Source: Octopus vulgaris (Eukaryota). From it: 62,000 bases of DNA. The stretch is taken from contig OX597824.1 in NCBI GenBank assembly GCA_951406725.2, positions 32,384,001 through 32,446,000 of the forward strand, written 5' to 3'. The translations under genes and the position numbers were made by a program. Below, piece after piece: positions 1 through 62,000 of this stretch. Position 1 is the first letter of the stretch; each line of letters starts with the position of its first letter. The notes under the pieces were generated by a model. The model saw only the letters and a list, made by a program, of their open reading frames with translations, was not told the origin of the DNA and did no database searches.

Positions 1-513
1 AAAGGAAAGAATTTTACAGCAAAATTGGCGATCGGTCTCGAATCTGGAATGTGCATTTGTTAAAGAGAAGGATTTTCTAACAAAGTGGCTTAATATATTA
101 TAAAACTTGTCTGTTTATTCCAGCATCTTATAGAGCTGCAGTATTAGCTAAAATATATGACACACACATGGACATTCAACAAACAATTAAAAGAGAACAA
201 CTCTGTGTGTTTGGTGACCTAGGTTGGCTCACTCGGTAGAGAAGTTTGTCAAATTTTGTGATAGTTGACAGAGAGTCAGGTAAAATTTAGTAAAGGCAAA
301 TAATTCATGGCCTATTTCTGGGCCTTGGGAATGTGAGCATATGGACTAGGCATATGTTCCAGACATCAGTAACATACTTGTAATTGTAGATGCCTATTCA
401 ACATGTATTAAAGTAATCTTGTGTCCTAATTGCTCATCTGAGATGGTAAAAAGCAAGCTGCTTGAGGTCATCAATAATAAAATGTCTTTGAATATTTGGT
501 GATACAGACTTAC

Positions 514-59372
<58,859 letters not shown>

Positions 59373-61059
59373 CTAACGGAGCCATAAGTAATGTGATGTG
59401 GATAAATAGATGTTCAAAAGAAAGACAAAATATACTTAAATCAGTTTGAGTCGTAAGAAGGAAATGCTTCTACAAATACAAATATACATGTCTGCACATA
59501 CATATATGGACACTTTCATAATTACACACATACACACACATACACACATATACATATATACACACATATAAATATAAAAATATACATATGTGTACATATG
59601 TATATGTGTGTGTGTCTATATATATATGCACACGTACATGCACACACACACACCCACATACACACATGCAAATATATATTTTCAAAGATATTACAATGGC
59701 TAGAAATAAATTTTAATAGAAACACTAAAGGTAAAAAAATACTTTAATTCATAAATAATTGCAAAATGATACCTTCCAGTCAGTGTATATATATATACAT
59801 ATATATATATATACTAGAGTATATTGATAAAATATATATATAAACAAAAATACATGATGAAAACACTCCTTTACGAATATTTGTGTGAGTGCCTGCATGA
59901 TATTTATGAAAATAAGCACTTATATAACTGTGTGTGTGTGTGTGTTTGTGTTGTGAGTATGTGTAATTCACACATGTTTAAGTATAAAGTGTATTCACTG
60001 AATGTTCCTTCAATTCATTTAATAGATACAAACATCAAACATTAATCGTGATTTTTTATTATTTTTTTCATGACATATGATTGTTACAAATATTACGTAC
60101 ATTGATATTAAATACAAAAGCATACACTGCCTAGCAGGTGAAAGTTAACATGAATATAACAAAATCTTGACTATTTAGTTTCAAACTGTTGTAGTTAAAA
60201 AACATTTTTATACCAAAATCACTGAAGTGTAACATCCTTTTGTATATAATTATAATGTGTGTCTATTTATGTTTAGTGTGTATGTGTGTGTGTGTGTGTG
60301 TGTGTGTATTTATTGTTGATGTCATATGAATTTATAAACTTTTGAAGAATAATTCTTATTTGGAATATTAACTCTTAAAACACACTACATAATGCTAAAG
60401 ATAATGGGGTTGATGTAGGACTTGAACCCACATTGCTGGTATGCCTGTCTTACAGGCAGCCTTCAACTTTTTCTATCTAAAAGAGATTTTCAACCCCATA
60501 TAAATATTTGTTTTTATATCGACATATATTTGCCAACTAAGTGTGGCGTCCTATACAGGACAGGTATATCTCCTCCAACTGGCTAATGACACACTTTCTG
60601 TGTCTGATTAGTATTTTGTGAGAGAAAATCATCGCTGCCATCTCTAGCCTTATGTGATACACACGGGTTCGAGTTTCTGGGTGGTTACCTGTCCTCAGTG
60701 TGTGTTAATCACTTAGTTGGCAAATATATGTTATGGTTCCACACTACTACTGTTTATATCTCGCTCAGAGATTTAATTTAACATTTATATATCAAGTTAA
60801 ACATTAAAAACAATTTAACATCAAACTGAACAATAACTAAATGCTTTTTGTATATATTTATTGAACTTTTACAAAAAGAAGGGTGACAGTGACCTCAAAG
60901 TTTTGGTCTGTTAGGATAAAGAATAAAAATATCTATTCAAAAAATGAGAATTATTAATGGTTGTCTGAATCACAAGTGACCAGAGAAATTAATTTGGACT
61001 TTTGTACTTTGAAATAAGTAAGAGGCATCACTATGTAAAGAGTTAAATTGTCAATTGCA

Positions 61060-61320
61060 CTGGAACAACACTTAGTGCATGGTGGATATGGCTCTTTTCT
61101 TGAGTTGGAAATTGAGCAGAGAAGGGGCTCCAGATTTGTTTGCTAGCATTTTTCAATTTCTGATGTATGACAATGGCCTCTTCGTGGGAGGAAGTAAGCA
61201 TTAGGATATTGTCCATGCATTTTGAGAAGAAGATGAAGGAGTGGCAGGTACTAAGCACCATGTGCTTCGACTGGTTCATGGATGTGATAGTCAGAAGTCT
61301 TGATGGGCTTGATCCCTAAG
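61060..61320 (-). mobile_element. Possible Penelope-like RT remnant
   Basis: FFSKCMDNILMLTSSHEEAIVIHQKLKNASKQI resembles the YxRYVDDI..L....A...hN region of PLE RTs; catalytic motif degenerate. Confidence 0.4.
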
Positions 61321-61398
61321 GTTTACTGATTAAAGAGGATGAGAGAAAGAGTGAGTCTGTGTATGTGAGAGTGTGCATGTGTGTGTGAGAGAGAGAGG

Positions 61399-61445
<47 letters not shown>

Positions 61446-61659
61446 GATAATGTGTGATTGAAGGCTGTCAATATAGAAAATTAGAGAGGGCAGCATTGAG
61501 AATGAAGGATGGATAACAACGGAAATGATTCTGAGTAATAAGAAGGATAAATGGTTTGAAGGAGAATCAAGTGGAGCATGTAGTTCTGTTCAGATTTAAC
61601 TACAGCAGTATAACATTGTGGTTAGAGTGATGATGAGTACTGGAATGTGCTTATAGATA

Positions 61660-62000
61660 CACATAGTGCTTCCAGAATCTCAGCTTTGCCAAGGTAGGTG
61701 GGCCTCCTCAAGAACTGCAAACTGCCAGTCATTATGGCTCTTTGTTTTCTCTTCTATGAAGTTCAAGATCCTGATATCAGCCTTTACTACATCATCCCAG
61801 GTCTTCCTGAATCTTCATCTTCTGCAAACTCTGTCCACATAAAGTGATCAGCACTTCTTTATACAGCTGTTCTCATCCATATGGACATCTCCTCTCACAT
61901 GTCCATATTACACATATCCATAGTGCAGTCTTCCTTCTTGCATACTGCACCTAAATCCACTCATGCCCACTTTTTCTCTGGGCACATTTGTATTTTGCTG
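61660..62000 (-). mobile_element. RTE LINE 3' end remnant
   Basis: Degenerate RL.WYGHV.RMDENSCIKKC...RKTWDDVVKADI, the RTE C-terminal motif. Confidence 0.7.

Noticed and set aside
59373-62000. Search for the next upstream RyR exon (EIQVxCYKIL-like); also 1-513 for the next downstream exon (DFQNYLRTQ-like)
   Set aside because: No matching frame with splice sites was found; these exons presumably lie outside the window.

Overview
Eukaryotic, very AT-rich animal DNA. The SINE families and huge (TA)n arrays look like an octopus (coleoid cephalopod) genome; this is pattern recognition, not a database match. The whole window is an internal segment of one minus-strand ryanodine receptor (RyR) gene. 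I reconstructed 17 phase-consistent core GT-AG coding exons between 59372 and 514 (about 710 codons, helical-domain/CaM-binding region to the start of the central domain). The gene start and end lie outside the window. Over 96% of the sequence is intron, filled with microsatellites, tRNA-derived SINEs, decayed LINE fragments (CR1-like, RTE, R4/Dong-like, Penelope-like), a mariner remnant, piggyBac-type MITEs and several long foldback elements. Nearly all ORFs in the supplied track are microsatellite or repeat artefacts. Best leads: (1) a complete type I hammerhead ribozyme fold at 12510-12568, plus Penelope-type minimal hammerhead cores elsewhere, one on the RyR sense strand inside a tRNA-headed composite element; (2) an in-frame 48-nt cassette exon and two in-frame microexon candidates that I do not recall in fly or vertebrate RyR; (3) many long intronic hairpins that could be ADAR substrates. 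All alignments to known proteins are from memory and were not computed.
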